DNA of 63,053 nt, filler included. It is 3 parts of 3 records of this genome, joined end to end, with 100 filler letters (N's around TTAATTAATTAA, not from the genome) between each part and the next. Parts side by side here need not be neighbours in the genome. Positions count along the whole stretch, not along the records: positions 1 to 26,296 come from SRR31156797_4799; 2 more parts are not named here. One strand, written 5' to 3'. The first letter of the stretch is position 1, and every line of letters starts with the position of its first letter. Below are positions 9,074-18,840 of this stretch, one piece after another. The position numbers and the translations under genes are program-made. The notes beneath the pieces were generated by a model. It did not search any database. It saw only the letters and a list, made by a program, of their open reading frames with translations, and had not been told where the DNA came from.

Positions 9074-9400
9074 TAGTAGTTCATATTCGACCTAACAGTT
9101 ACCCATTTTTATCCGGCGTCGGTCAGTTTAGATTTGAGCTATATTTTTCCGAGCCCAAATCGATTTGCCATCAGGTAACATTTATATTGGCACTCTTCCG
9201 CACCAGATTTATGTTTGATAAGTCCGCTCATAGTTATACCCTTCGCTCCATTCGTCCAGATCTTTTTGTAACCCTTCCAATAATGTGTCTATGTTTTCAT
9301 AAAATGGAACATGATTAACCCATTGAGAATGGGTATAAAAAGCACTTACATATTTCAATCCTTTGTGGCGACATGGTTTTGTTTTTGGTGTGATCAATAC
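9074..9400 (-). mobile_element. Degraded IS481-family remnant (transposase C-terminus and right end)
   Basis: LQKDLDEWSEGYNYERTYQ, then through stops ...CGRVP...DGKSIWARKNIAQI, then an IS481-like end AACTGTTAGGTCGAATATGAACTACTA. Confidence 0.7.
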
Positions 9401-9727
9401 CAGTTGTTGCCAGATAGAGCTGGTAGTCGAGAATAAAGAAATCAAATTTCCCATTTTCCTAACTCAATTTACAAGATCGGCTCAATCGGCTTTTTCCATT
9501 TAAAACTTGTCATACGTTCTATCAGTCTCATCAAACAGATTCTATTCGCCCACAAAAGTACTCGATCTGTTTTTCAACGCCTGACTTAACGAGTAGAGCC
9601 TGCCACCATTACATTTACACAATGTGGCACTGGAGTTGTCTGTTTTTCTGTGTTCCTTGATTTAAAAAAGGCACACAAAATATTACATTGCTAGGTTGGC
9701 TGGACACTAGACAGCAACGCTTCTCTA

Positions 9728-9820
9728 CTGTACCCCCAAACATAGCATCTCAGATATAACTGTACCCGTCACCTAACGCCTTTATTGTATCTGTACAGGT
9801 GTGCCTTGTCTGTGTATGGT
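9728..9820 (+). promoter_or_regulatory. Candidate MocR-family operator repeats
   Basis: ACTGTACCC twice (9728, 9759) plus TCTGTACAG and TCTGTGTAT just upstream of the MocR gene. Confidence 0.5.
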
Positions 9821-9827
9821 TTCTCTT

Positions 9828-11273
9828 ATGACACTTCCAGCCCCCCTAGACAAGCCATTGCCACTTTACCAGGATGTGGCTGACAGAATAGGCACACTAA
9901 TTGATAAAGGCACTTTTCGAACCGGCGACAGATTGCCTTCAATACGCAGCCTCAGCAGTCAATTCAAAGTCAGCATCAACACCGTTAAAGTGGCCTATAG
10001 CCTCCTTGAAGACAAATGTATAATCGAGGCAAAACCACAATCAGGCTATTACGTGCGGCCAAAGATGCCGGCCCTGCCCCTGGAACCTGAAATTGGTAAT
10101 CGTCAATTTGTTCCTTTTACCATCACCTCAACAGCCTTGGTGATGCAGATCATGCAGGACGTTCTTGACCCTGCCAAAGTACAATTTGGCGCAGCTATTC
10201 CGGCTGATGATCTTATTCCGGCAGTCAAACTCAATCGCATTCTTACTACCGTTACCAGGCGCTTTCCTCATGAAAGTGTGAGCTATGCCATGCCTCCGGG
10301 CAACAGGCGCTTACGTACCCAAATAGCCAAACGCATGATCAAAGCCGGATGCACACTCAACCCAGATGAAATACTTATTACCACCGGAGCCGCTGAAGCT
10401 GTGTTTCTCGCCCTGGCAGCACTGTGCAAACCGGGCGATACAGTTGCCGTAGGTACACCCATTTATTTCAACTTCATCCAGATGTTTCAACACTTCGGCC
10501 TACGGGTGTTGGAGATACCTTCTTCTCCTACAACCGGAATCCATTTAGATTCTTTAGAAAAATCACTCAAGAACAACAAAATCAGTGCGTGTTTAGTTAT
10601 AACCAATTTCAACAATCCGCTTGGAAACAGCCTGGCTGATACACAAAAAGAAAAGCTTGTTACTCTGCTCAGCACCTATGGTGTGCCACTCATCGAAGAC
10701 GACATTAATGGTGATCTTTCCTTCTCTGATGATAGACCGTCTGTCGCCAAGGCATGGGACAAGTCTAACAATGTCCTTCTTTGCTCGTCTTTTTCTAAAA
10801 CCCTTGCCCCTGGATATAGAGTAGGTTGGATTGCTCCCGGGAAATATCTTGAACAGCTGCTACATCAGAAATTAATTACCAATATTGCCTCACCAAGCCC
10901 CACTCAACAGGCAATTGCAGAGTTTCTTGATACCGGAGGCTATGATCACCATCTTAGAACGACACGAAGAACCTACGCTACAAGAGTTGCCCAAATGACC
11001 GAGGCCATACGCCGATACTTTCCGCAAGGAACAAGGGTATCACGACCGGCAGGAGGGTATACACTCTGGATAGAGCTCCCTGAAAAGATGGACACGGTAG
11101 CGATGTATTCTCAATCAATTAAAGACGATATCACCATTGCTCCAGGCTCAGTTTTTTCAACCACCAACAATTATGCCCATTGTTTGCGCTTAAACAGTGC
11201 TTTCTGGTCGACAACAAATGAATGGGCCGTCGAACGACTGGGTCAAATTGCCAAACAGTTGGCTTTGACTTAA
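9828..11273 (+). CDS. MocR/GntR-family PLP-dependent transcriptional regulator
   Basis: wHTH RLPSIRSL...SGYYV plus aminotransferase domain IEDD...SFSKTLAPGYRVGW. Confidence 0.93.
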   Translation: MTLPAPLDKPLPLYQDVADRIGTLIDKGTFRTGDRLPSIRSLSSQFKVSINTVKVAYSLLEDKCIIEAKPQSGYYVRPKMPALPLEPEIGNRQFVPFTITSTALVMQIMQDVLDPAKVQFGAAIPADDLIPAVKLNRILTTVTRRFPHESVSYAMPPGNRRLRTQIAKRMIKAGCTLNPDEILITTGAAEAVFLALAALCKPGDTVAVGTPIYFNFIQMFQHFGLRVLEIPSSPTTGIHLDSLEKSLKNNKISACLVITNFNNPLGNSLADTQKEKLVTLLSTYGVPLIEDDINGDLSFSDDRPSVAKAWDKSNNVLLCSSFSKTLAPGYRVGWIAPGKYLEQLLHQKLITNIASPSPTQQAIAEFLDTGGYDHHLRTTRRTYATRVAQMTEAIRRYFPQGTRVSRPAGGYTLWIELPEKMDTVAMYSQSIKDDITIAPGSVFSTTNNYAHCLRLNSAFWSTTNEWAVERLGQIAKQLALT

Positions 11274-11315
11274 AGCCTCCCCCATAACCTCAATGAATAA
11301 CTCATCAAATATATC

Positions 11316-12245
11316 ATGAAAAATTTCCTTTTTTACCTTGCTACCGTTCTGATCTGGGGATCAACTTGGATAGGGATAAAAATGCAGCTTGGCACTGTTG
11401 ACCCCATGGTGTCGGTTGCCTATCGTTTTGGTTTGGCAACCCTCCTCCTTTTTGGCTGGTGTAAGCTCTTCCACCTGGAAATGCGTTTTTCACGACGCCA
11501 GCATCTGTTTATGGCAACCCAGGGTTTACTCCTTTTTGGATTTAACTATCTCCTTTTTTATATAGCTGAACTCTATATAAACAGTGGCTTGGCCGCAGTC
11601 CTTTTTTCGACCATTCTGCTGATGAATGTTATAAATGGAGCGATATTTCTCGGACATCCCGTTGATAAAAAAGTCATTGTTGCGGGGCTGTTCGGGTTGA
11701 CGGGGATTGTATTGGTGTTTCGGCCAGAGATAACTGCTTTTTCTTTGGAAAATCATGGCCTGCGAGGAGTGCTGCTCTGTGTCGCCGCCACTTTGCTTGC
11801 TTCTTTTGGCAACATCACTTCGGCATATAACCAAAAAAGCAACAAACTCCCTATTATACAGACCAATGCTTACGGGATGGGATATGGTGCTCTGGCAATG
11901 CTGGCGGCTGCCGTCTTTTCAGGAAAGACGTTCTTATTTGAGATGACACCGCTTTACATCGGCTCACTGGTGTATCTCTCCGTTTTCGGGTCAATTATTG
12001 CGTTTGGATGTTACCTGACACTGGTAGGCAACATCGGAGCAGACAGGGCTGCTTATGCAACCCTGCTCTTTCCAATTGTTGCCCTGGTAATTGCCACCAT
12101 TTGGGAAGGGTATCAATGGACACCATCTGCTGCGATGGGCATTCTTTTTATACTCACCGGCAATGTCATTATGGTGCATAAGGGATGGAAAATACCCTTA
12201 AACCTTAAAAGCAAAATACTGCTGCCGGTAAAAGCAGAAAAATAG
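11316..12245 (+). CDS. EamA/DMT family transporter
   Basis: LIWGSTW start, about 10 hydrophobic segments. Confidence 0.9.
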   Translation: MKNFLFYLATVLIWGSTWIGIKMQLGTVDPMVSVAYRFGLATLLLFGWCKLFHLEMRFSRRQHLFMATQGLLLFGFNYLLFYIAELYINSGLAAVLFSTILLMNVINGAIFLGHPVDKKVIVAGLFGLTGIVLVFRPEITAFSLENHGLRGVLLCVAATLLASFGNITSAYNQKSNKLPIIQTNAYGMGYGALAMLAAAVFSGKTFLFEMTPLYIGSLVYLSVFGSIIAFGCYLTLVGNIGADRAAYATLLFPIVALVIATIWEGYQWTPSAAMGILFILTGNVIMVHKGWKIPLNLKSKILLPVKAEK

Positions 12246-12279
12246 CTGCTGCACATTTTACCAAGAGAATGACAGTAGA

Positions 12280-12303
12280 CCCTGCCGTCACCACAGGCAG
12301 GGT
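12280..12303. terminator. Hairpin between convergent genes
   Basis: CCCTGCC-N9-GGCAGGG. Confidence 0.5.
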
Positions 12304-12309
12304 AGATAC

Positions 12310-13536
12310 TTATTTTTCACGTAGCGCCTTCAAGAGTTCCTGAGAAGGCTTTCCGGTCTGTGCCATGCCGGAGTATTGCTCAAAGGCCCTGATAGCTCCT
12401 CTGGTACCGGAACCAATACTTCCATCGATGGTGCCGGTATAATAGCCTTTCTTTTTTAAGCGTGTCTGCAGTTCATACTTGTCTGCCATGGAAAGCGAGC
12501 CGGCAGGCCGTGGCCACTTTTGCACCATCCCGCTATAACCGGCGATCTGATCCGCCAGTAACCCAACCGCCAGGGCATAAAAGTCAGAATTATTATAGCG
12601 TTTTAATACAAAGAAGTTCTTTAAAACCAGAAAAGCTGGCCCCTTGACCCCTGCCGGCATTTTTAACACCGCTTTGTCACCGGGACGGGGAAAAGATTTA
12701 CCCAACGGCCTTCTGAACCCAAGCTTTTGCCACTGGCTAAGTGTGCGGGTCGTGCCAATCTCCTTTTCGCTGACACCGGCAGGTGCCATTACCTCATATC
12801 CCCAGGTCTTCCCTGTCTGCCAGTTATTCTTGTGCAATAAATTAGCCGCAGTTGCCAGCGCATCTGGAATAGAGTTCCATATATCACGCCGGCCATCGCC
12901 ATCCATGTCAACCCCGTAAGCAAGGTAACTGGTTGGGATAAACTGGGTATGCCCCATTGCCCCTGCCCAAGAACCCGTCAATGCTTGGCCGCTGACATCA
13001 CCAGCCTGTAAAATTTTCAATGCTGCTATCAGTTGCGACCTCGCAAACTTAGCTCGCTTCTTATCTCCGTATCCCAAAGTGGCAAGTGCCCTGGGCACAT
13101 AATGCAGTCTGTTTGTTCGCAGTAAAGCAGCACCATAACTGGTTTCCATGGACCAGATTGCAAGCAGCACCGAACTTCTCACTCCATATTGCTTTTCAAT
13201 TGCAGCCAGGGTGCGTCCACGCTGCTCTTTTTGGCTTTGCCCCATGGCAACAGCACCCAAAGTTACCCGAGCATCAAGATAGTCCCAGATCTCGGTGGTA
13301 AATTCTGGCTGATACCTTGCCTTTTCCAACACCCGCTCATCGGGATGGGTTACTCCAGAAAAGGCCTGATCATAAACAGCCCGTGAGATACCCTGCTCTG
13401 CTGCCTGCGGGTAAAAATCGGTTATCCATTTCTGAAAATTGGTTCCTGCCAGGAGCGGTGAAACAATCATAAAAGACAGGAAAACAATACCGAATGTACC
13501 AATTATAACCTTATTTACATACGTGCGGTGGGACAT
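12310..13536 (-). CDS. Lytic murein transglycosylase (MltB/SLT_2 with peptidoglycan-binding domain)
   Basis: AIWSMETSYG, GSWAGAMGHTQFIPTSY, VDMDGDGRRDIW, YNNS..YA; start approximate. Confidence 0.92.
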   Translation of the reverse strand: MSHRTYVNKVIIGTFGIVFLSFMIVSPLLAGTNFQKWITDFYPQAAEQGISRAVYDQAFSGVTHPDERVLEKARYQPEFTTEIWDYLDARVTLGAVAMGQSQKEQRGRTLAAIEKQYGVRSSVLLAIWSMETSYGAALLRTNRLHYVPRALATLGYGDKKRAKFARSQLIAALKILQAGDVSGQALTGSWAGAMGHTQFIPTSYLAYGVDMDGDGRRDIWNSIPDALATAANLLHKNNWQTGKTWGYEVMAPAGVSEKEIGTTRTLSQWQKLGFRRPLGKSFPRPGDKAVLKMPAGVKGPAFLVLKNFFVLKRYNNSDFYALAVGLLADQIAGYSGMVQKWPRPAGSLSMADKYELQTRLKKKGYYTGTIDGSIGSGTRGAIRAFEQYSGMAQTGKPSQELLKALREK

Positions 13537-13791
13537 GCTACAAAGCCTCATTATGCAGTTAAAAATAAAAACAATGTCACAGGAGAAACAGGGTATCCTA
13601 TAAAATCGTACCTGACAAGGAACTCTGCCAGTCTTTTCCCGATAATCCCGGGAAGTTGCCCAATATTAACAGGTCACCTCACTTTACCTTTTTTCTCCGC
13701 CCCGCCATCAGGATTTCTTGCTGTTTTCAAAGAGACCTTCTATAGTGAAAAATTTGCAGATCCCTTGGTACCTTTCCCAGACAAATGAGCT

Positions 13792-14985
13792 ATGACAAAA
13801 ACATACGCAGAAATTAACGAAAAGATTGCTTCCGGAAAAGCTGTCGTTCTCACCGCTGAAGAAATTATCGATTATGTCGAGAAAAACGGCTTGGAAAAAG
13901 CGGCAAAGGAAGTTGATGTGGTGACCACTGCAACCTTTGGCCCCATGTGTTCTTCTGGCTGTTTTATTAACTTTGGCCACAGCAAACCTAAAATGCGCAT
14001 TTCAGAGGGATGGATCTCTGATGTCCCTGTTTATTGCGGTATTGCTGCTGTTGATGTGTACCTGGGAGCTACCGAACTGAGGCAAAATGATTCTGCCAAC
14101 ATGTACTACCCTGGAGAATTCCGGTACGGTGGCGGCCATGTGATTGAAGACCTGGTAGCTGGAAAAAAACTCCAGTTTTTCGGCCTTTCCTACGGCACAG
14201 ACGACTATCCCCGCCGGGAAATCAGGACCATGTTTGATATCAACGACCTGAACCAGGCAACCATGACCAACCCGCGCAACTGTTACCAGAACTATAATGT
14301 TGCGGTTAACACCTCGAACAAAACTATTCATACCTACCTGGGAATCCTAAAGCCGCGAATGCGGAATATGACGTATAGTTCTGCAGGGCAATTATCTCCG
14401 CTGCTCAATGATCCCCTCTATGAAACCATTGGAGTGGGCACTTCTATCTGGCTTGCCGGTTCCCGCGGGTTGGTTTATGCCCAGGGAACTCAACACTGTT
14501 CTGATGTTGAACGCGGTGATAATGACGTACCGGTTGAAGGAGCAGGAACCCTTGCCCTGACCGGTAACATGAAAGAAATGGACTCGGAATTTGTGCGCGG
14601 AGTCAGCCTTAAAGGGTATGGAGTTTCCCTTGCCCTTGGCGTGGGTATTCCCATTCCGATTCTCAATGAAAACATCTTAAAACATGTCACAGTGAGAGAT
14701 CGTGACATACAAGCATGCGTAATTGACTACGCCGAAGCTTACCCCCAGAAGACCGGCAAGGTGCTGGCAAAATACACCTATGAACAATTACGTTCCGGTC
14801 AGGTGGAGCTTGACGGAAAAAAAGTGGCGGTTTCCTCTATGTCCTCTTACAACAAGGCCTTAAAAATATGTGATTTGCTCAAGGCTGAAATCGAAGACGG
14901 CAAGTTTCTCATTTCCGAACCCAGCCAGAGGCTCCCATTAAATCAGGGGATGAATTCGCTAGAGATAAAAGGACCGGCAAAATGA
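13792..14985 (+). CDS. Homocysteine biosynthesis protein (aspartate-semialdehyde sulfurtransferase, DUF39), without CBS domains
   Basis: KTYAEINEKI..GKAVVLTAEE, VDVVTTATFGPMCSSG, YGGGHVIEDLV, GQLSPLLNDP. Confidence 0.9.
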   Translation: MTKTYAEINEKIASGKAVVLTAEEIIDYVEKNGLEKAAKEVDVVTTATFGPMCSSGCFINFGHSKPKMRISEGWISDVPVYCGIAAVDVYLGATELRQNDSANMYYPGEFRYGGGHVIEDLVAGKKLQFFGLSYGTDDYPRREIRTMFDINDLNQATMTNPRNCYQNYNVAVNTSNKTIHTYLGILKPRMRNMTYSSAGQLSPLLNDPLYETIGVGTSIWLAGSRGLVYAQGTQHCSDVERGDNDVPVEGAGTLALTGNMKEMDSEFVRGVSLKGYGVSLALGVGIPIPILNENILKHVTVRDRDIQACVIDYAEAYPQKTGKVLAKYTYEQLRSGQVELDGKKVAVSSMSSYNKALKICDLLKAEIEDGKFLISEPSQRLPLNQGMNSLEIKGPAK

Positions 14986-15386
14986 TCACCCAAAAAGTAT
15001 ATCTCTACTTTCCCAAAAGTGAGACTGAAAAGCCCATTGTCTGCCAGCTTATTAGAAATTTTGACCTGACCATCAATATTTTTCGTGCCAAAGTCACCCC
15101 GGAAGAAGAAGGGTACCTCTCCCTTGAGATCACCGGCACCCAGGAGCACATTGATCAGGCCTACGAATTTCTGGGTGAATTTGATGTTATCATCCAAAAC
15201 AAAGGCATCCATTGGGACAGTGACAGATGTACCCACTGCGGGAACTGTCTTGTTCACTGCCCGACCGGGGCCCTTCATTTTACTGACCGGACAACCAGAA
15301 CCGTGATATTTAATGAAGAGAAGTGCATAGAATGCCTTTCCTGCATCACTAACTGTCCGTTTGGCGTCTGTTCTTCTGCGTTCTGA
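14982..15386 (+). CDS. NIL domain plus 2x[4Fe-4S] ferredoxin
   Basis: NIF motif; CTHCGNCLVHCP and CIECLSCITNCP; ATGA overlap with upstream gene. Confidence 0.9.
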   Translation: MITQKVYLYFPKSETEKPIVCQLIRNFDLTINIFRAKVTPEEEGYLSLEITGTQEHIDQAYEFLGEFDVIIQNKGIHWDSDRCTHCGNCLVHCPTGALHFTDRTTRTVIFNEEKCIECLSCITNCPFGVCSSAF

Positions 15387-15427
15387 CCTTGCCCTGTAAC
15401 TGACCATAGTGGTCAAGTACTGATTAA

Positions 15428-16186
15428 ATGCAGAGAAAGCAAATGCGAGCGTTTCGAGACTTTTCCTGGAAAGACTCTAATCTTCGGGTCGCTGGCGATC
15501 AGTTTGAGCTGATCACGCAGACCATCATGGAAGAAAGGAAAAAACTGGAGCGATATATTCGGCAGCATCCTGCCTTCCGAACATCGCTTTCCCCCGTTGA
15601 CCTGCAGAAAAATGCCCCCCCCATCGCCAAACGGATGGCCGCTGCTGCTCAACTCACCGGACTTGGCCCCATGGCTTCGGTGGCAGGCACACTGGCTCAG
15701 ATAGGAGTGGAAGCGGCCATGGCCAAAAGCGGCACCGAGGCTATTGTCGAAAACGGGGGTGATATGTATATTTTTTCAAAGGACCCTGTCACCATAGGCA
15801 TCTATGCCGGCAAGAATGATATCAGCGGTAACCTGGCTTTTCGATTAGCCCCGGAGGACCTACCACTGGCAATCTGTTCTTCTTCCAGCTATATGGGACA
15901 CTCCATGAGTTTTGGTCAATGCGACTTGGCCACAGTTATTGCCAAAGATGCTGCACTGGCAGACTCAGTCGCAACCCTCACCTGCAACCAGATATGCAAA
16001 GACAATGATTTAGAGTCTACTCTTAACGCATCAGGCAAGATCCCTGGCGTTAGCGGAATCCTAGCGGTGAAAGAAGGAAAAATTGGCATATGGGGAAAAA
16101 TCCCGGAACTTGTGCGTAACCTGGATCACGCAACCGGTGAGAAAATAACCAAAGATCGCCACTCAAACTTTGAACACACGGATTGA
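15428..16186 (+). CDS. UPF0280/COG2122 ApbE-like protein
   Basis: GPMASVAG, IVENGGD, ICSSS..GHSMSFG, AALADSVAT. Confidence 0.88.
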   Translation: MQRKQMRAFRDFSWKDSNLRVAGDQFELITQTIMEERKKLERYIRQHPAFRTSLSPVDLQKNAPPIAKRMAAAAQLTGLGPMASVAGTLAQIGVEAAMAKSGTEAIVENGGDMYIFSKDPVTIGIYAGKNDISGNLAFRLAPEDLPLAICSSSSYMGHSMSFGQCDLATVIAKDAALADSVATLTCNQICKDNDLESTLNASGKIPGVSGILAVKEGKIGIWGKIPELVRNLDHATGEKITKDRHSNFEHTD

Positions 16187-16225
16187 TAGTGTACAGTTTG
16201 TATACGTAACAACCCGAGCAGTGCA

Positions 16226-17734
16226 TCATAAAAACAGGGCATAAGCCGAATTATCTGTTTCTTCACGATATCTATACCCAAGAGCATCCAACCTGCGCTT
16301 AAGCTTCCCTGTCTTTTTCTCAGGGCATTCAAGACCAATAAGAACCCTACCAAAATCACCGCCCTGGGTACGATAATGAAACAGAGAAATATTATGGTTA
16401 CCCCGGGTTGCATCAAGAAAACGAACCAGCGCGCCAGGTGTTTCCGGAAACCAAAAACGAAAAAGCCTTTCGTTACGGACAACTGAAGATTTACCGCCGA
16501 CCATATAGCGGATATGGGTTTTGGCAAGATCATTCTCGGTCAGGTCAAGGTTATCATACCCGGCCGCAGTTAAACGCTCACAAAAGGCATGCCGCTCTTC
16601 TTCATTGGTGATGGAAATGCCAACAAAAATATGGGCCTTCTTGCGGGATGCAAGCCGGTAATTAAACTCGGTAATATTGCGATCCCCGACCATATCATGG
16701 CAGAATCGCTTTAAACTGCCCGGCTTTTCGGTAATGGTGACAGCAAAAAGCGCCTCCTGCTGTTCCCCCACCAAGGTACGTTCAGCCACATAGCGCAGCC
16801 GCTCAAAATTCATATTTGCCCCGGAGTTGATGGCTATCAGGGTTTCGTTTTTGCAGCCCGTTGTTTTTATATATTTCAACAGACCAGTCATACCCAACGC
16901 CCCTGCAGGCTCCACAATGGAGCGGGTCGCCTGATATATTGTTTTTATGCCGCTGCAAAGCTCATCAGTATTCACCCGTATAATATCATCCACATATTGT
17001 TGGCAGAGCTTAAAGGTTTGTCGGCCCACAGTCTTAACAGCAACACCATCAGCAAAAACACCCACCGAAGGAAGTGTTATACGTTTCCCTGCTTCAAGGG
17101 AACGTGCCATGGCGTCACTGTCAACAGGCTCAACACCTATAATTTTAATCTTCGGCCGCAGGTTCTTGATATAGGCGGCAATACCGGCAATGAGCCCTCC
17201 TCCACCAATAGGAACAAACACGCAATCGAGCTGTCCAGGGTTCTGCCGTAAAAGTTCGTCCCCCACCGTTCCCTGACCGGCAATAACAAGTTCATCATCA
17301 AAAGGAGGGATGTAGGTAAGCCCGCTGGAACGTTTCAAGACCGCCGCGTGCTCTGCGGCCTCTGAATAGTTATTGCCATGCAGTACCACCTCTCCGCCGA
17401 ACCTTTTGACCGCAGCGACCTTTATTTCTGGCGTTGTAACAGGCATGACAATAACTGAGCGAATACCAAGACGACGTGCTGAAAAGACGACCCCCTGGGC
17501 ATGGTTACCAGCCGATGCAGTGATAACACCATTGGCACGTTCTTTGAGGTTAAGCTGGGATATACGGTTATAAGCGCCGCGTATTTTAAAGGAAAAGACA
17601 GGTTGTTGATCTTCACGTTTGAGCAAGATTCTATTTCCCATTTGCTGAGAAAGAGCGACAGCCTCGTCAAGCGTAGTTTCAATGGCTGCCTCATATACAC
17701 GTGAAGTTAATATCTGCCTGATTATTTTTTTCAC
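16226..17734 (-). CDS. ilvA: Threonine ammonia-lyase, biosynthetic
   Basis: KREDQQPVFSFKIRGA, ASAGNHAQG, C-terminal regulatory repeats. Confidence 0.96.
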   Translation of the reverse strand: MKKIIRQILTSRVYEAAIETTLDEAVALSQQMGNRILLKREDQQPVFSFKIRGAYNRISQLNLKERANGVITASAGNHAQGVVFSARRLGIRSVIVMPVTTPEIKVAAVKRFGGEVVLHGNNYSEAAEHAAVLKRSSGLTYIPPFDDELVIAGQGTVGDELLRQNPGQLDCVFVPIGGGGLIAGIAAYIKNLRPKIKIIGVEPVDSDAMARSLEAGKRITLPSVGVFADGVAVKTVGRQTFKLCQQYVDDIIRVNTDELCSGIKTIYQATRSIVEPAGALGMTGLLKYIKTTGCKNETLIAINSGANMNFERLRYVAERTLVGEQQEALFAVTITEKPGSLKRFCHDMVGDRNITEFNYRLASRKKAHIFVGISITNEEERHAFCERLTAAGYDNLDLTENDLAKTHIRYMVGGKSSVVRNERLFRFWFPETPGALVRFLDATRGNHNISLFHYRTQGGDFGRVLIGLECPEKKTGKLKRRLDALGYRYREETDNSAYALFL

Positions 17735-17922
17735 TGGCTTTTCATCTCCAATTGTACATGATAGTAAACCATGGTTTTATACAGAACATTTTGTATAATT
17801 AGACATCTCAACATGTCATACAGCCACATAGGAAGTGCCTGCTCATTATAGTTATAACCATACCTGGCACCCAAAAAACAAACACTACCTATAGAATATT
17901 CCCAAAAACACGCGGAGGCACC

Positions 17923-18744
17923 ATGGACCAGCAATTAATTGAGGCTGTTGCAAAATTTAGTCAACAGGGAAAAATAACCGTCATGACCGGTGCCGGTATT
18001 TCAGCGGAAAGCGGTATCCCCACCTTTCGTGGTCCTGAAGGATACTGGACCTTTGGCTCAAAAGAGTACCACCCTCAGGAGATGGCCACCTTTCACATGC
18101 TATCTCAGTATCCGGAAGAAGTCTGGCGGTGGTATCTCTATCGAATGGCTGTGTGTCGCAATGCAGAACCTAACCCTGGCCATTTTACCCTGGTTGATAT
18201 GGAAGCAGAATTTGGCGATCGGTTCACCCTGATCACCCAGAATATTGATGGGCTCCATCTACGTGCGGGAAACAGCCTTGAAAAAACCATGCAGATTCAC
18301 GGCAATGTATCGTATATGCGCTGCATTAAAGAATGTACACCTGAAGTATACCCTATCCCTGACGACGTGCCAGGCAAGGCCAAGGAAGATCCCTTTACAG
18401 AGTACGACAGGCAGCATTTACGCTGCCCTCGATGCGGAGCCATGAGCAGACCCCACATCCTTCTCTTTGACGAGAGCTACAACGAGCATCACTATCACTT
18501 CCACAGCGCTCTGGAAGCTGCTCAGCAGACAGACCTGTTAATCATCGTGGGTACTGCCGGGGCAACAAATCTCCCCAATCAGGTGGCAATGGCCGTATAC
18601 CAGAAAGGCGGTACTATTATCGACATTAACATTGAAGAGAACACCTTCTCCGACATGGCATTACGAAGCGGGAGGGGCTTTTTTGTCCAACAGCCGAGCG
18701 GCCAAGCTTTGCCTGAAATCCTTGAGGTTTTAGTGGGGGAATAG
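17923..18744 (+). CDS. cobB: NAD-dependent protein deacylase (sirtuin)
   Basis: TGAGISAESGIPTFRG, TQNIDGLH, HG, zinc-binding Cys pairs. Confidence 0.92.
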   Translation: MDQQLIEAVAKFSQQGKITVMTGAGISAESGIPTFRGPEGYWTFGSKEYHPQEMATFHMLSQYPEEVWRWYLYRMAVCRNAEPNPGHFTLVDMEAEFGDRFTLITQNIDGLHLRAGNSLEKTMQIHGNVSYMRCIKECTPEVYPIPDDVPGKAKEDPFTEYDRQHLRCPRCGAMSRPHILLFDESYNEHHYHFHSALEAAQQTDLLIIVGTAGATNLPNQVAMAVYQKGGTIIDINIEENTFSDMALRSGRGFFVQQPSGQALPEILEVLVGE

Positions 18745-18840
18745 GCGAATAGAAACTATAGGTGTTCCCCTTTTGCTGCCATTGCAATGCCAGCAAAAAA
18801 GAGACGGCACCCATTGTACGTTTCTGCAATTTTTTCGTTT

